Shown: positions 12,558-25,020 of the stretch, in pieces | How the letters are laid out: each line of letters starts with the position of its first letter | Position numbering within the stretch: position 1 is the first letter of the stretch | Assembly: GCA_964016885.1 (NCBI GenBank) | Contig: CAXHJY010000001.1 | Span: 496,001 to 560,000 of the forward strand | Length of the DNA stretch: 64,000 nucleotides | DNA from: Eledone cirrhosa | Taxonomy: Eukaryota | Direction: 5' to 3' | Notes under the pieces: model-generated | What the model was told of the DNA's origin: nothing | The model's database searches: none | What the model saw: only the letters and a program-made list of their open reading frames with translations | Program-made: the position numbers and the translations under genes

Positions 12558-12777
12558 CCCTTTCGTGTTCAAACCGGCCCAAACCGGCCAGAATTCTCTA
12601 CCTCTTTCTGTTGATATTGGCTGTAACTGGTCGCTCAAACTGATGTGAAGGTATTGTTCTCAAAATAAATACTTTCAAAATCTCATAGATTCGATATTAT
12701 GTGAGATAATTATGTGAGATAAAGCCTTTACCATGAAAATACAATATTATATATAGAGTAATGTGAATGGTAAAGGG
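12558..12777. mobile_element. piggyBac-like MITE, 220 bp
   Basis: TTAA|CCCTTT ... AAAGGG|TTAA. Confidence 0.8.
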
Positions 12778-13187
12778 TTAATAATGATTTCTTAATTTTG
12801 GAGTAAAGAGAAAGTCAGTTGATTATATCTACCCCAGTATTTAACTGGTACATTATTTTATCAAGCTTGTAAAAATGACATTCAAGTTTGACCTGAGCAA
12901 GATTTGAACTCAGAACTCAGAAGTTCTGCAAAGCATTTCATCCAACAAACACTCCAACAGTTCTTCCCATTTCTTTCCCTTTTACAACAAAAGGATGACA
13001 TTGTTCATCTAGAAAACACACGTGGTGTTTATGAGGCTGTTTGCTGGCAAACAAACTGAATATTAATGATATTATAATACTATTATAACATTATTGTTAT
13101 CCAGTGTATTACTAATAAAGTACCAGTAATACACTGGGATAATTGCTAGCCTTGTGCAAAAAGTAGAAATAATTATTATTGAATCGC

Positions 13188-13385
13188 GAGGGTGGTGGAT
13201 TGGCAGTATCGGTAGAGCGTCGGATGCCATGCTTTGCAGCATAGAGTTATGGTTCTTTACGGTCTGAGTTCAAATCCCGCCAAGGTTAACTTTGCCTTTC
13301 GTCCTTACGGGGTCGATAAAATAAAGTACCAGTAATGCACTGGGGTAATTGCTGGCCTTGTGTCAAAAGTCGAAACAATTCTTAT
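13188..13385 (+). mobile_element. tRNA-derived SINE (parent A of the duplication junction)
   Basis: A-box-like tggcagtatcgg and B box gagttcaaatcc. Confidence 0.8.
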
Positions 13386-13426
13386 TCACTCATGAATAAA
13401 TAATAAATAATAGCTCTATATTTCAG

Positions 13427-13564
13427 AGTGCTCCAGTGGCAAGTTTGGTAAAGATTGTAGCTATAGCTGTCACTGCTATGACAATAGCACGTGTAACCCT
13501 AAATCTGGTACCTGTTCGAGTGGTGGGTGTACACCTGGCTATAAAGGTAACAACTGTCAAACAG
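13427..13564 (+). CDS. EGF-module exon 5 (138 nt, open)
   Basis: tttcag| acceptor and |gtgagt donor; CSSGKFGKDCSYSCHCYDNSTCNPKSGTCSSGGCTPGYKGNNCQT. Confidence 0.88.
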
Positions 13565-13851
13565 GTGAGTGAAATGAAAGAAGCTAATTACTCTGTGCAA
13601 CATATATGAATTCTTGTTTTATCTCTCAAAACTTTAGGTTGTTCTTTATTAGTCATTCCCAAAGTGGGATCCATGGAACCCAAGGGTTCTGCAAAGGAAT
13701 GTCTGGGGTTCCATGAAAAAAAGGTAGAGAAGTATATTTATATTCAAACCATATAAAAATATGAGACTTTGGGATTCCGCCAGAAGTTTCTGAAAAAAAA
13801 AGGGTTTGCTTTTTTTTTTATTAACAAACAATGTTTTTGTTTCTTTGAAAG

Positions 13852-16330
13852 TCTGCCAGAATGGTAGATTTGGCAGCAACTGTGAAGGTATATGTCACTG
13901 TGTAGACAGCAACAAATGTGACTCAGTGACAGGAATATGTTCTGACGGAAGATGTGTTGCTGGTTTTATAATAATAATGAAATTATTGTGTACAGTGCTC
14001 AGGTGCACTACAACTCATCAAAGGTGCATGTATAGTACATAGAATAATGTACAAATGTCAGGAAAATAAACAGTGTATGAGTCATGATATAATAACAATA
14101 ACAATAATGAAATATTGTGCACAGTGCCCAGGTGCCCCACAACCCATCAAAAAAGTGCATGTACAGTACATAGGGCAATGCACAAACATCAGTAAAATGA
14201 ACAGTGCACGAGTCATGATACACACATGTGTGCATGTGTATGGAAGGGGCACATCAGGTGTAGTTTTGGCGTATTTCGGGAAGCATGAGTGTCTTAAAGG
14301 ATGCAGTGTCTCGGCAGCTAACAATTGACGCAGGCAGTTTGTTCCATGCTTCAGCAACTCTGAGCGTGAAAAAATGTCTGCGAAAGTCATGGGAGCTGTG
14401 CTGTTTTCTTATCTTGTAGGCATGTCCACGTGTGTTAGACACATGGAGATCAAAGAGGCGCTCAGGGTTGCAGTTGGCGAGATGGTTAAAAACTTTGTGG
14501 GTATTCACCAAGTCCATTGCCAGACGTCGGAGCTTCAATGAATCCATGCCCAGGGAAGCAAGGCGTTCAGAGTATGGTAGGTGTCTGATGGAGAGTATGC
14601 GCTTGGTTGCACGTCTCTGAACAGTTTCCAGGAGGTCAATGTTCCGAGCAAGATAGGGGTTCCAGACTGATGATGCGAATTCCAAGTGTGGTCGCACCAT
14701 AGCTGTATACAGTTTTAAATAGATGGCTGGAGAGCGGCTAACAAAGATCCTGCTGAGTGATGCCAAGACACCCTCGGCCTTCTTGACAATCTTAGAGACA
14801 TGCTTTGTCCAACGGAAATCGTTGCTGACAGTAATGCCCAGGTCACGTTCACAAGAGGACTTTTTGATGTCAGTGTTGTGGAGGGAGTATGTGGACGCTG
14901 GATTTTTCCTTCCAAAATGCATGGTGGTACACTTGTCCACAGCCAGCTTCAGTTGCCAGTCTGTGATCCATTGCTACATTGTGTCCAGGTCTGATTGTAG
15001 GAAAGAGTTGTAAATTTCAGGATCAGTCCTTTTGATTTCAAGGTACAGCTTGATGTCATCTGCATATTTTAGTACCGTGGCATTCTGTAAGTTGGCATCT
15101 ATGTCATTAATATATGCCACAAACAAAAGAGGACCAAGAACAGATCCCTGTGGTACACCAGATGACATCTCATATGGTGAAGAATGCTGTCCTAGAACCG
15201 TGACTACTTCCTTTCGGCTGAGAATGAAGGATTTCAGCCAGTCGAAAAGATCATCCCTCACACCCATTGCAGAGAGTTTTGCCATAAGTCTTTTGTGTGG
15301 CACAGAATTAAAAGCCTTAGCAAAGTCAAGATAAACAAAATCCACCCATGAGCCGCTGTCAGTGATCCGGGTGATGTCCTCAAGGAACTCGATAAGCTGA
15401 TCACAGCAGCTGGAGTTAGGGATAAATCCAAACTGTGAGGGCCGGATGAGGCTGTGAGAGCTCCAGAAGTTCCAAAGTGTTTCTCTGACACAGGATTCCA
15501 TCAGTTTGGCCATACAGCTAGTAAGACTGACTGGACGATAGTTGACAGGTGACATGCGGTTGCCCTTTTTGAACAGGGGAATGACACTGGCAGTTTTCCA
15601 CTGCTCCGGAGTAGCACCATTGCTGAGACAGTATTGAAAGAAAAAAGAAAGCTGGCGCAAAAGGAAATCCCCGCCACGTTTGAGAAGCAGGTATGTCACA
15701 CCATCAAGACCAGGGGAGGCATAGTTGCGCTTATTCTTAAGGTGACGTCGCAACATTGCAGGTGTAAATTCCATAGTTGTTATGGAATTTGATGTTAGAG
15801 ATGGTGAAGATGGTACATTCTGGTTTTCAACAGTAAAAATACTTGCATAGCACTCAGCAATGAGTTCTGCGCATTCCTTGGGATCGTCAGTGATCTGGCT
15901 TGTGTGGGGATTGCGAAGAGGACCAACTGGAGAGTGAGGTCTCTGCTTTGAATGAACATATTTCCAGAACACCTTACTGTCAGGATTGGTTGCGATGCAC
16001 TGTTCAAATTCAAGCACTGCCTTCTTTGTCACTTGCTTGAGATGGTTAGAAGATTTATTCCACTTTTTTCTGTTGGCATCTGATCTATGCAGTTTATATT
16101 CCCGTTCAGCGTTCCGACGTTCTTTCCTGGCAAGTCGGACCGCTGAAGTTTCCCAGATTGCACTTTTGGGGTGGTTATTTTTCCGCTTCTGTGGCACTGA
16201 TGCTGCACACGCTATCCATATTGAGTCCAGGATGCTCTGGAGTATAGAGTTCACATCTCCAGAGTTATACATCTCATGCCAGTTTGGGCGCTGTAGCTCA
16301 GTGCAGTACAAGGAAGAAACTGCCAAAATG
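13852..16330 (+). pseudogene. EGF-module exon 6, split by a CR1 LINE (exon parts 13852-13967 and 16310-16330)
   Basis: Nearly identical to intact exon 8 up to gctggtttt; resumes as aaggaagaaactgccaaaatg|gtgagt after the LINE. Confidence 0.92.
13968..16309 (-). mobile_element. 5'-truncated CR1-clade non-LTR retrotransposon; RT reading frame broken by one stop (14974-14976)
   Basis: RT motifs YLDFAKAF, SGVPQGSVLGP, YADD; CR1-type C-terminus VRPHLEFASSVWNP, LETVQRRATK, FFTLRVAEAWNKLP; (ATT)n tail. Confidence 0.92.
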
Positions 16331-17057
16331 GTGAGTAAAACTAAATATCGAATTTCCATTCTTTCTTTTTTTTTTATGGGAGTGAGGGGGGGGGCAGATT
16401 TGTAAATTAAAATAAAAGCTGGTGAATTGACAGTATCTTTTTCAATATCTTTTATTCACCTCTTTATAATATGTAAGGACACTGTGTCAGTTGTTTACAG
16501 TTTAAACTAGTTATGAGATCAATGAACTGTCATCTCTATCTAACACTAACACAAGTGGTAAAGCTGTTGGATTTACAATCATAATGTTGTGGGTTTGATT
16601 CCTGGACTTGGATGTGCATTGCGTTCTTAAGCAAAACATTCTTGCGTAGTATACTCAGTTGAAAATGAGTACCAGCAATTGCTGGGGGATTTTAAATTCC
16701 ATCCTGCACAGGACACCTGTCCTGTGCAGGATGGAATTCTGTACTCTCAGTTGCTTCACACCATGGAAACCGAGATAAGCACATTCCACCCTTCTCTCAG
16801 GCATTGCATAACTAGGACTACACTATTTAATGTGTCCTTTCCTTTTTATCATACTAATCTATAATTTGGCTGTTACTTGTTCTGAGTCTAAAGTCTGTCT
16901 CAAGCCTGGATGCTAATCAGGCCAGTGTTTACCTTGGTTTCCATGGTGTTAAATGACTGACAGTAAACAATTCCAGCCTGGACAGGACACCAGTCCATTG
17001 CAGAGAAACCCCCCACCAATTGTTGATACTCATTTCCAACTGAGTATACTGAGTATA

Positions 17058-17252
17058 TAGGCAGTGAATTGGCAGAGTCGTTAGAACATCAGATAGAATG
17101 CTTTGTGGTATTCGTTCCAACTCTCTGCTCTCTGAGTTCAAATCCCGCTGAGGTCAACTTTGCCTTTCATCCTTACGGGGTCGATAAAATAAAGTACCAG
17201 TAATGCACTGGGGTAATTGCTGGCCTTGTGTCAAAAGTCGAAACAATTCTTA
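17058..17252 (+). mobile_element. Chimeric SINE marking a tandem-duplication junction
   Basis: 5' part is identical to the SINE at 18590; 3' part is identical to the SINE at 13188-13385; the switch falls within 17170-17174. Confidence 0.88.
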
Positions 17253-17294
17253 TTCACTCATGAATAAATAATAAATAATAGCTCTATATTTCAG

Positions 17295-17432
17295 AGTGCT
17301 CCAGTGGCAAGTTTGGTAAAGATTGTAGCTATAGCTGTCACTGCTATGACAATAGCACGTGTAACCCTAAATCTGGTACCTGTTCGAGTGGTGGGTGTAC
17401 ACCTGGCTATAAAGGTAACAACTGTCAAACAG
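17295..17432 (+). CDS. EGF-module exon 7 (duplicate of exon 5, open)
   Basis: tttcag| acceptor and |gtgagt donor; same translation as exon 5. Confidence 0.88.
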
Positions 17433-17719
17433 GTGAGTGAAATGAAAGAAGCTAATTACTCTGTGCAACATATATGAATTCTTGTTTTATCTCTCAAAAC
17501 TTTAGGTTGTTCTTTATTAGTCATTCCCAAAGTGGGATCCATGGAACCCAAGGGTTCTGCAAAGGAATGTCTGGGGTTCCATGACAAAAAGGTAGAGAAG
17601 TATATTTATATTCAAACCATATAAAAATATGAGACTTTGGGATTCCGCCAGAAGTTTCTGAAAAAAAAAGGGTTTGCTTTTTTTTTTATTAACAAACAAT
17701 GTTTTTGTTTCTTTGAAAG

Positions 17720-17857
17720 TCTGTCAGAATGGTAGATTTGGCAGCAACTGTGAAGGTATATGTCACTGTGTAGACAGCAACAAATGTGACTCAGTGACAG
17801 GAATATGTTCTGACGGAAGATGTGTTGCTGGTTTTGAAGGAAGAAACTGCCAAAATG
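17720..17857 (+). CDS. EGF-module exon 8 (intact duplicate of exon 6)
   Basis: gaaag| acceptor and |gtgagt donor; CQNGRFGSNCEGICHCVDSNKCDSVTGICSDGRCVAGFEGRNCQN. Confidence 0.88.
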
Positions 17858-19335
17858 GTGAGTAAAACTAAATATCGAATTTCCATTCTTTCTTTTTTAT
17901 GGGAGTGAGGGGGGGGGGGGGGGGGGGGGGGCAGATTTGTAAATTAAAATAAAAGCTGGTGAATTGACAGTATCTTTTTCAATATCTTTTATTCACCTCT
18001 TTATAATATGTAAGGACACTGTGTCAGTTGTTTACAGTTTAAACTAGTTATGAGGTCAATGAACTGTCATCTCTATCTAACACAAGTGGTAAAGCTGTTG
18101 GATTTACAATCATAATGTTGTGGGTTTGATTCCTGGACTTGGATGTGCATTGCGTTCTTAAGCAAAACATTCTTGCGTAGTATACTCAGTTGAAAATGAG
18201 TACCAGCAATTGCTGGGGGATTTTAAATTCCATCCTGCACAGGACACCTGTCCTGTGCAGGATGGAATTCTGTACTCTCAGTTGCTTCACACCATGGAAA
18301 CCGAGATAAGCACATTCCACCCTTCTCTCAGGCATTGCATAACTAGGACTACACTATTTAATGTGTCCTTTCCTTTTTATCATACTAATCTATAATTTGG
18401 CTGTTACTTGTTCTGAGTCTAAAGTCTGTCTCAAGCCTGGATGCTAATCAGGCCAGTGTTTACCTTGGTTTCCATGGTGTTAAGTGACTGACAGTAAACA
18501 ATTCCAGCCTGGACAGGACACCAGTCCATTGCAGAGAAAACTCCCCAGCAATTGTTGATACTCATTTCCAACTGAGTATACTGAGTATATAGGCAGTGAA
18601 TTGGCAGAGTCGTTAGAACATCAGATAGAATGCTTTGTGGTATTCGTTCCAACTCTCTGCTCTCTGAGTTCAAATCCCGCTGAGGTCAACTTTGCCTTTC
18701 ATCCTTTTGATGTCAATAAAAAAGTACCAGTCTAGTACTGGGGTCGATTCTTCTTCTATATCTCTTTCTCATTTCCTCTCTCTCACTTTCTATCTTTCTC
18801 TGGAAGAAATCTGCTGTATTCAGGCCTGGACAGGGATGGGCTCCGCCTGGCTTAAAATACCCAAGAAATGATGTCTGTTAATACGGCACCTCTACGACTC
18901 TGTCAGGAGTTACAGGACCATTCATACATACTGAGTATAATGTTTTGCTCAAGAACATAACACACAACCCAGTCCAAGAATGAAACCCAGAACATGATTG
19001 TAAGTTTAACACCATTTACACTTGTGTTAGTGTTAAATAGAGCATGAAAGTTTATTAGCTTTGTTGCAATTAGTTGAGACACAAAATAACTGGCACAGTG
19101 TCCTTTCCTATTGTAAGAGGTGAATAAAAGAGTTCACACACACATACACATAAACACACACATGCACTCTCACTCTAAAACACACAAACACACTCACACA
19201 CATACTCTTTCACACTCTTAAATGCTCAAATGTACTCACACACTAAAACACACAAACACACTCACATTAAAACACACAAATGCACTCACTCACACACACT
19301 TAAACACAGTAATGTAAATGTTAAATAGATTAAGG

Positions 19336-19628
19336 CAGTCATGGGTAACCTGCAGCCCACAAAGCTTTCTAAATGACTCACCTAAATCACCTAAGTGAAA
19401 TCTTTCTGATTTTTTTACCCCAACTTTTCAGTCGTAATTTATCTTTCTATAATTTTTAACGATTGAGGAAAACAACGTGTACGAATTCTGAAGAAACAAA
19501 TCAAAACAACGTGAGTTATCACCCTTTTTTTTTAATATGGGCACAAATGTAAATTAGCGCTTGCGGCCTCCCTGATGATGAGCCATATCTCATGCAGCCC
19601 GCTTCTCGAAAAAGGTTGCCCATGCCTG
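19336..19628. mobile_element. hAT-like MITE
   Basis: TIRs cagtcatgggtaacct / aggttgcccatgcctg; 8-bp flanks gattaagg / ggttaatg match at 6 of 8. Confidence 0.7.
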
Positions 19629-19859
19629 GGTTAATGGCTGAAACCCTTGCATGAGGTGAGAGGGTGGTTCTTCTCTGGTGACCTTCTCCTGTCCAACTTT
19701 CTTGAGAGTTTCTGACCACATAATACTACATAGTACGGCATAAATACTGTTACAAAATAAAATGCTTATAACTCCTTCAATATTTATTGTACCTAGCTAC
19801 AATTGTGGCACAATGTAATTAATAAAATGTTTATTAACACCATGAAATCTTATTTGATA

Positions 19860-20190
19860 TGCTTTCCTTTTGTTCTCACATCTCGAGATCATCTTTACAT
19901 AGCCTCCTCATGGATCTCTCTGAAATTTCGGCCTCTTTCACCATTTTTCTCATGAATCTTTTTGGCTTACATCTGATTTTCTCATGCATGTATTTGATTA
20001 GTTTTGGTGTTCAGAAGGTGCTAGGACGTCCTGATCTTGGCTTTTGTTGAGGAAGTTTCTTTGAAGTGATCAATGGTCCTTTTTATGAGCATTCTGTTAA
20101 TTTCAAGCTGTTTTCCAGTTATAAAAATCTGAGGTGGAGTCTACTTTTTTTCATGCTGTCCAATTATGAATTTTCCTTTCAATTCTAAGG
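19860..20190 (-). mobile_element. Tc1/mariner transposase relic (DNA-binding region)
   Basis: Reverse strand reads PRSGRPSTF*TPKLIKYMHEKIRCKPKRFMRKMVKEAEISERSMRRLCKDDL; candidate element end caccctg|ta near 20795. Confidence 0.65.
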
Positions 20191-20197
20191 ACATTTA

Positions 20198-20462
20198 AAT
20201 AATAATAATAATGAAATTATTGTGTACACTGCTCAGGTGCATATATAGTACATAGAATAATGTATAAAGGTCAGGAAAGTGAACAGTGTATGAGTCATGA
20301 AATACACACACATGCATGCGTGTGTATGGAAGGGGGATATCAGGTGTAGTGTTGGCGAATTTCAGGAAGCATGGAGGTTTTAAAGGATGTAGTGTCCCAG
20401 TAGCTAACAACTGATGCAGGTAATTTGTTCCATGCTTCAGCAACTCTGAACATGAAAAAATG
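20198..20462 (-). mobile_element. CR1-type LINE 3' fragment; a minus-strand SINE follows at ~20545-20730
   Basis: Same 3' sequence as 13968-14380. Confidence 0.8.
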
Positions 20463-20850
20463 TGCAATGAATCCTTATATAACCCCCAAAAAAGTTAGTA
20501 TATAGTATTAGGTTAATATTTGAGCAATCAGATCAATAATAAAGTAATTATTATTGGTTTCTTATATAAGCATAAGGCCAGAAATTTGTGGGGGGGGGGG
20601 TCTATTAAAGCGCTCCCTGTGTGTGACTGGTACTTTATTTTATCGACCCAGTAAGGATGAAAGGCAAAGTTAATCTGGGCGGGATTTGAACTCAGATCAT
20701 AAAGGGCCGTAACTCTATGCTGCAAAGCATAAAGTAATTAATATTATGACTTAAACTCATTTGATATTTTGTAACAGTATTTATGCTGCACCCTGTATAT
20801 ATTTGTAAAGTAATGTTAGATATTTCTACTTGTTTGTTTTATTTTAACAG

Positions 20851-20988
20851 TGTGTAAAGCTGGTTATTTTGGTGTCCATTGTTCAAATCCCTGTAAATGC
20901 AAGGACAGTGCAAACTGTAACCCTAAAACTGGACACTGTCCAAACAACAAGTGTCTACCTGGTTTTACTGGTCATGACTGCCAAGCTT
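20851..20988 (+). CDS. EGF-module exon 9 (138 nt, open)
   Basis: taacag| acceptor and weak t|gttagt donor; CKAGYFGVHCSNPCKCKDSANCNPKTGHCPNNKCLPGFTGHDCQA. Confidence 0.85.
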
Positions 20989-21028
20989 GTTAGTATGCTT
21001 ATTTTAAACTGTAAATGTTCATTTATTA

Positions 21029-21710
21029 ACAGCGTGCCTCCTGATGTGCCCTGTGTGCCTCTGATGTTCCCAGTCTGCCTCTTGTGTACCTACTCTGCTT
21101 CTGATGTTCCCAGTATGCCTCTTGTATTCCCAGTGTGTCTCTGATGTGCTCAGTGTGCCTCTGATGTGCCAACTGTGCCTCTGATGCTCCCAGTCTGCCT
21201 CTTGTGTTCCCAGTGTGTCTCTGATATACCTAGTGTGCCTCTGATGTGCCAACTGTGCCTCTGATGCTCCCAGTCTGCCTCTTGTGTTCCCAGTGTGTCT
21301 CTGATATACCTAGTGTGCCTCTGATGTACCTACTGTGCTTCTGATGTTCCCAGTCTGCCTCTTGTGTTCCCAGTGTGTCTCTGATATACCTAGTGTGCCT
21401 CGGATGTGCCTACTGTGCTTCTGATGTTCCCAGTGTGCCTCTTGTATTCCCAGTGTGTCTCTGATGTGCCCAGTGAGCCTCTGATGTTCTCAGTATGCCT
21501 CCTATGTACCTAGTGTCCACTGATATTCCAGTGTGCCTCTGATGTTCCCACTGTGCTCCAATGTTCCCAGTATGCCAGTATGCCTCTAATATCCCAGTGT
21601 GCTTCTGGATGTTCACAGTGAGCCATTGTGCCTCTTGAGTACCCACTGTGTCTCTGATGTTCCCACTGTACCTGTGTGCTTCTAATTTTCCAAGTGTGCC
21701 AGTGTTTCTC
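21029..21710. repeat. ~20-bp minisatellite
   Basis: Unit cagtgtgcctctgatgttcc, degenerating toward the 3' end. Confidence 0.9.
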
Positions 21711-21963
21711 TAGCATAGTTTCTATTGTTGGATGCCCTTCCTAACACTACCTCACAGCATGTACTGGGTGCATTTCCTCATGGCACCACCTTTACCACAT
21801 GCCAGGGTGGTCTTGCTACTTTTATCATGGTACCACACTAACACTTTACAGTATGGGCTGGATGCATTTTATCACAGCATCAAACACTTCCATTTTCCAG
21901 TGTAGGCTTGGTGCACTTGATCATGGCACCAGCACTACCACATTTCAACACTGGGGTGTTTAA

Positions 21964-24660
21964 CCCTTTAGCATTTAAACTGGCCATATCTGACCAGAAT
22001 CCTCTCACCTCTTTCTGTTGAAACCGGCCATAACTGGCCACTCATACTGACATTAAGGTATTCTTCTCAAAATAGATAAAATCAAAATCTCATAGATTCG
22101 ACATTATGAGATACTTATGTGAGGTAAAGCCTTTACCATGAAAATACAATAGTATATATAGAGTCATCATCATCATCAACGTTTTACGTCCGTTCTTCCA
22201 CGCTAGCATGGGTTAGACGGGTTGTCCTGTTGTGGGCAGTGTCTGGTCGGCTGACTATGCTTTGCTCATACAGGAACTGATTTGGCTTGATTTCTACAGC
22301 TGGATGCCCTTCCTAACACCAACCTCATTTACAGTGAGTGCTGGGTGCTTTTTCGTGTTGCCTACACGTCCACTTTACAGTGTGGGCTGGGTGCTTTTTG
22401 CCGTGGCACCTCCACGACCACCTTGAAGTGGGGGGTGTGGGGGCTTATTGTCTATATGCATCAGCTTGTACCCATGGGAGGTCGGGTACTCTGTATTTCT
22501 GCGAGACGCCAGAGGTCACGGTCATGTGTCATCGCCTTTGAGAGGTGGAATTGGGTAAGGTCGGTTTTTATCACCTCATCCCAGGTCATCTTGGGTCTCC
22601 CCACTCCGCGGTTTCCATCGACTTCTAGTGCTCTGCACCTTTTTATGCAGCTGTCATCCTTCATACGCATCACATGTCCATACCAACGCAACTGCCTCTC
22701 CTGCACACAGCATTTGATTCCTCTTATGCTCAGTCTCTCTCTCAATTCATTTATGCTTTGTCGTTCGCGTATATTACTGTTACACATCCATCGGAGCATG
22801 CAGGCTTCGTTTCTCTCTAATCTACATAAGTCTTCCACCTTCAGCGCCCAGGTCTCACTACCATGCAACATTGCTGTTCGGATACACGCATCATACAGTC
22901 TGCCTTTCATTTTGAGGGAAAAGCCTTTTGCAGCTAGCAGTGGTAGTAGTTCCCTAAGCTTCTTCCATCCCGTTCTTACCCTAGTTATTGTACTTTCTGA
23001 ACACCCACCTCCGCTGCTAATTCGGTCACCTAGGTAGCAGAAGCTGTCTACTCTTTCTACAGAGCCCTCCGAGAGATTGGTGGTACTTGTTTCCTGTGGC
23101 TTTTTGCTGCGTGCTGTCCCAGCACAGCTGCTGCATGTGAAGCCTACATTCTTAATTAAGCTTCCTGAGATCCCGCTACATCTCTTGTGTACCCATTGTT
23201 TGCATTTGGGGCAGGGAATGGAGTTCCTACCTACACCTTTCCTACATACTGAGCAAGGCCATTTCCCTGAGGGGATCTGGGTTCTGTTTTCTCGTCTACT
23301 TACAAGGACCTGAGTCTTTATCATGTTGACTTTGAGACCCTTTCTTTCTAGTCCCTGCTTCCAAGTTTGGAATTTCTTCTCTAGCTCTACCATAGATTCA
23401 GCTATAAGTGCGAGGTCATCAGCATACAGGAGTTCCCATGGGCATCCAGTCTTAAACTCCTCCGTTATTGCCTGCATGACTATGATGAACAGGAGGGGGC
23501 TAAGAACAGAGCCCTGGTGGACCCCAACCTGTACGCTAAATTCCTCGCTATACTCATTGCTAATCCTAACTTTGCTGACTGCTCCCCTATACATGGCTTG
23601 TACCGCTTTCACAAGCCATTCATCTACTCCTAGTTTTCTAAGAGCCCATCAGATTACAGCACGTGGAACTCTGTCAAAGGCTTTCTCGAGATCGACAAAT
23701 GGCAGGTAGAGTGGCTTGCTTTTAGCTAGGTACTTTTCCTGTACTGCCTCACAAGGAAGAGGGCATCAGTGGTGCCTCTTCCTGGTACAAACCCAAATTG
23801 CATCTCATCTAGTTTCACCCGGTCCCTAATCAACTGTGCTATAACTCTTTCTGTTACTTTCATGACCTGGTCCATCAGCTTTATACCTCTATAGTTTCCT
23901 CTATCTAGTGCATCACCTTTACCTTTGTAGCAGTTGACAATAATGCTACTGCACCAATCTTTTGGTATGACACCTTCTAGTATTACCTGGTTAACAATAC
24001 GTGTGGTTATAGTGTGACCTACAGACCCAGATGCCTTCAGCATCTCAGCAGCTATACCCGATGGACCGGTTGCCTTCCCCATCTTCATATCTTTGATTGC
24101 CTTACTTACTACGCTGCTGCTGACTTGTACTGCTGGCCCCTCTATAGGGTCTACTTGGGGTAGGGTCTCTTCTTCTCATGCTTTCTCCTCATTTAGTAAT
24201 CTATCATAATGACTCTTCCATGCATCTTTCTTCTCAGCACTTGTGAGGGCAAGCTCACCTTTATCATTCCGGATACACTTCTCTCCAATGACATCACAAT
24301 TCTCTCTGACACACTGCCTCGCAATCTTGAACACCTCCTGTTTCTGGTCCTTACATTGCAAAACATGCTTGAATTTTCTATCCTCTGCTTCCCTCCTACC
24401 TAAGTATACTTGTCGCCTAGCTTCCCTCTTGTTCTCTATGTAATTTACCCTGCTCCCCCCGTTCTTCCATTCTTTCCATGCCTGTCTCTTGGCCTTAACT
24501 GCCTCATATACCTTATTGTTCCACCACCAAGTCACTCTCCTCCTGCTTGAGGTCTTACTCCAGCCACAGACCTCATCCGTCGCCTCTAGTAAGTTATTTT
24601 TTAGGAACTCCCAGTTCTCTTCTACATTGAATGTCTATGAGTAATGTAAATGCTAAAGGG
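21964..24660. mobile_element. piggyBac-like MITE split by an RTE LINE (parts 21964-22164 and 24639-24660)
   Basis: ...atatatagagt | LINE | gagtaatgtaaatgctaaaggg; an uninterrupted end is seen at 12740-12781. Confidence 0.75.
22165..24636 (-). mobile_element. 5'-truncated RTE-type LINE with a stop and a frameshift
   Basis: GVHQGSVLSPLLF, LLYADDL, Cys cluster WPCSVCRKGVGRNSIPCPKCKQWVHKRCSG; (GAT)n tail. Confidence 0.92.
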
Positions 24661-24872
24661 TTATATATTGACTTCTTTCAATAACCGGTCACCAATACTG
24701 ACATTAAGGTATTCTTCTCAAAATAAATAATATCATCATCAAAATCTCGTAGATTCCATAATATGTGATAAAGTGTTTACTGTAAAAATACAATAGTATA
24801 TATATATAAAGTAATGTAAATGCTAAAGGGTTAAATTTACTAAATTTCTGTTTGATCCTTTATTTCACCCAG

Positions 24873-25010
24873 TCTGTCCAAGCAATACTTTTGGGTCTAA
24901 CTGTCAAAAGGTTTGTCATTGTGAAGAAAGTAAATACTGCAACAGAACCAATGGTGTTTGTGAAGAGGGCAACGGTGAACCAGGCTATATAGGAACTGAT
25001 TGTCAAACTG
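24873..25010 (+). CDS. EGF-module exon 10 (138 nt, open, Cys7 replaced by Gly)
   Basis: cccag| acceptor and |gttggt donor; CPSNTFGSNCQKVCHCEESKYCNRTNGVCEEGNGEPGYIGTDCQT. Confidence 0.8.
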
Positions 25011-25020
25011 GTTGGTTTAA

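Larger units (their letters stand above)
17175..18705 (+). repeat. Second copy of a ~1.53 kb tandem duplication (first copy ~13306-17174, which also contains the CR1 insertion)
   Basis: Near-identical exon and intron sequence in both copies. Confidence 0.93.

Noticed and set aside
13188-13290. Functional tRNA genes at SINE heads
   Set aside because: A/B boxes are present but I see no convincing cloverleaf, and each continues into a shared SINE body.
16310-16359. Signal-peptide-like N-terminus MEIRYLVLLTILAVSS fused to the CR1 RT
   Set aside because: It is the antisense of the exon 6 end and its intron; the same DNA occurs without the LINE at 17837-17886. The fusion is coincidental and the RT frame has a stop.
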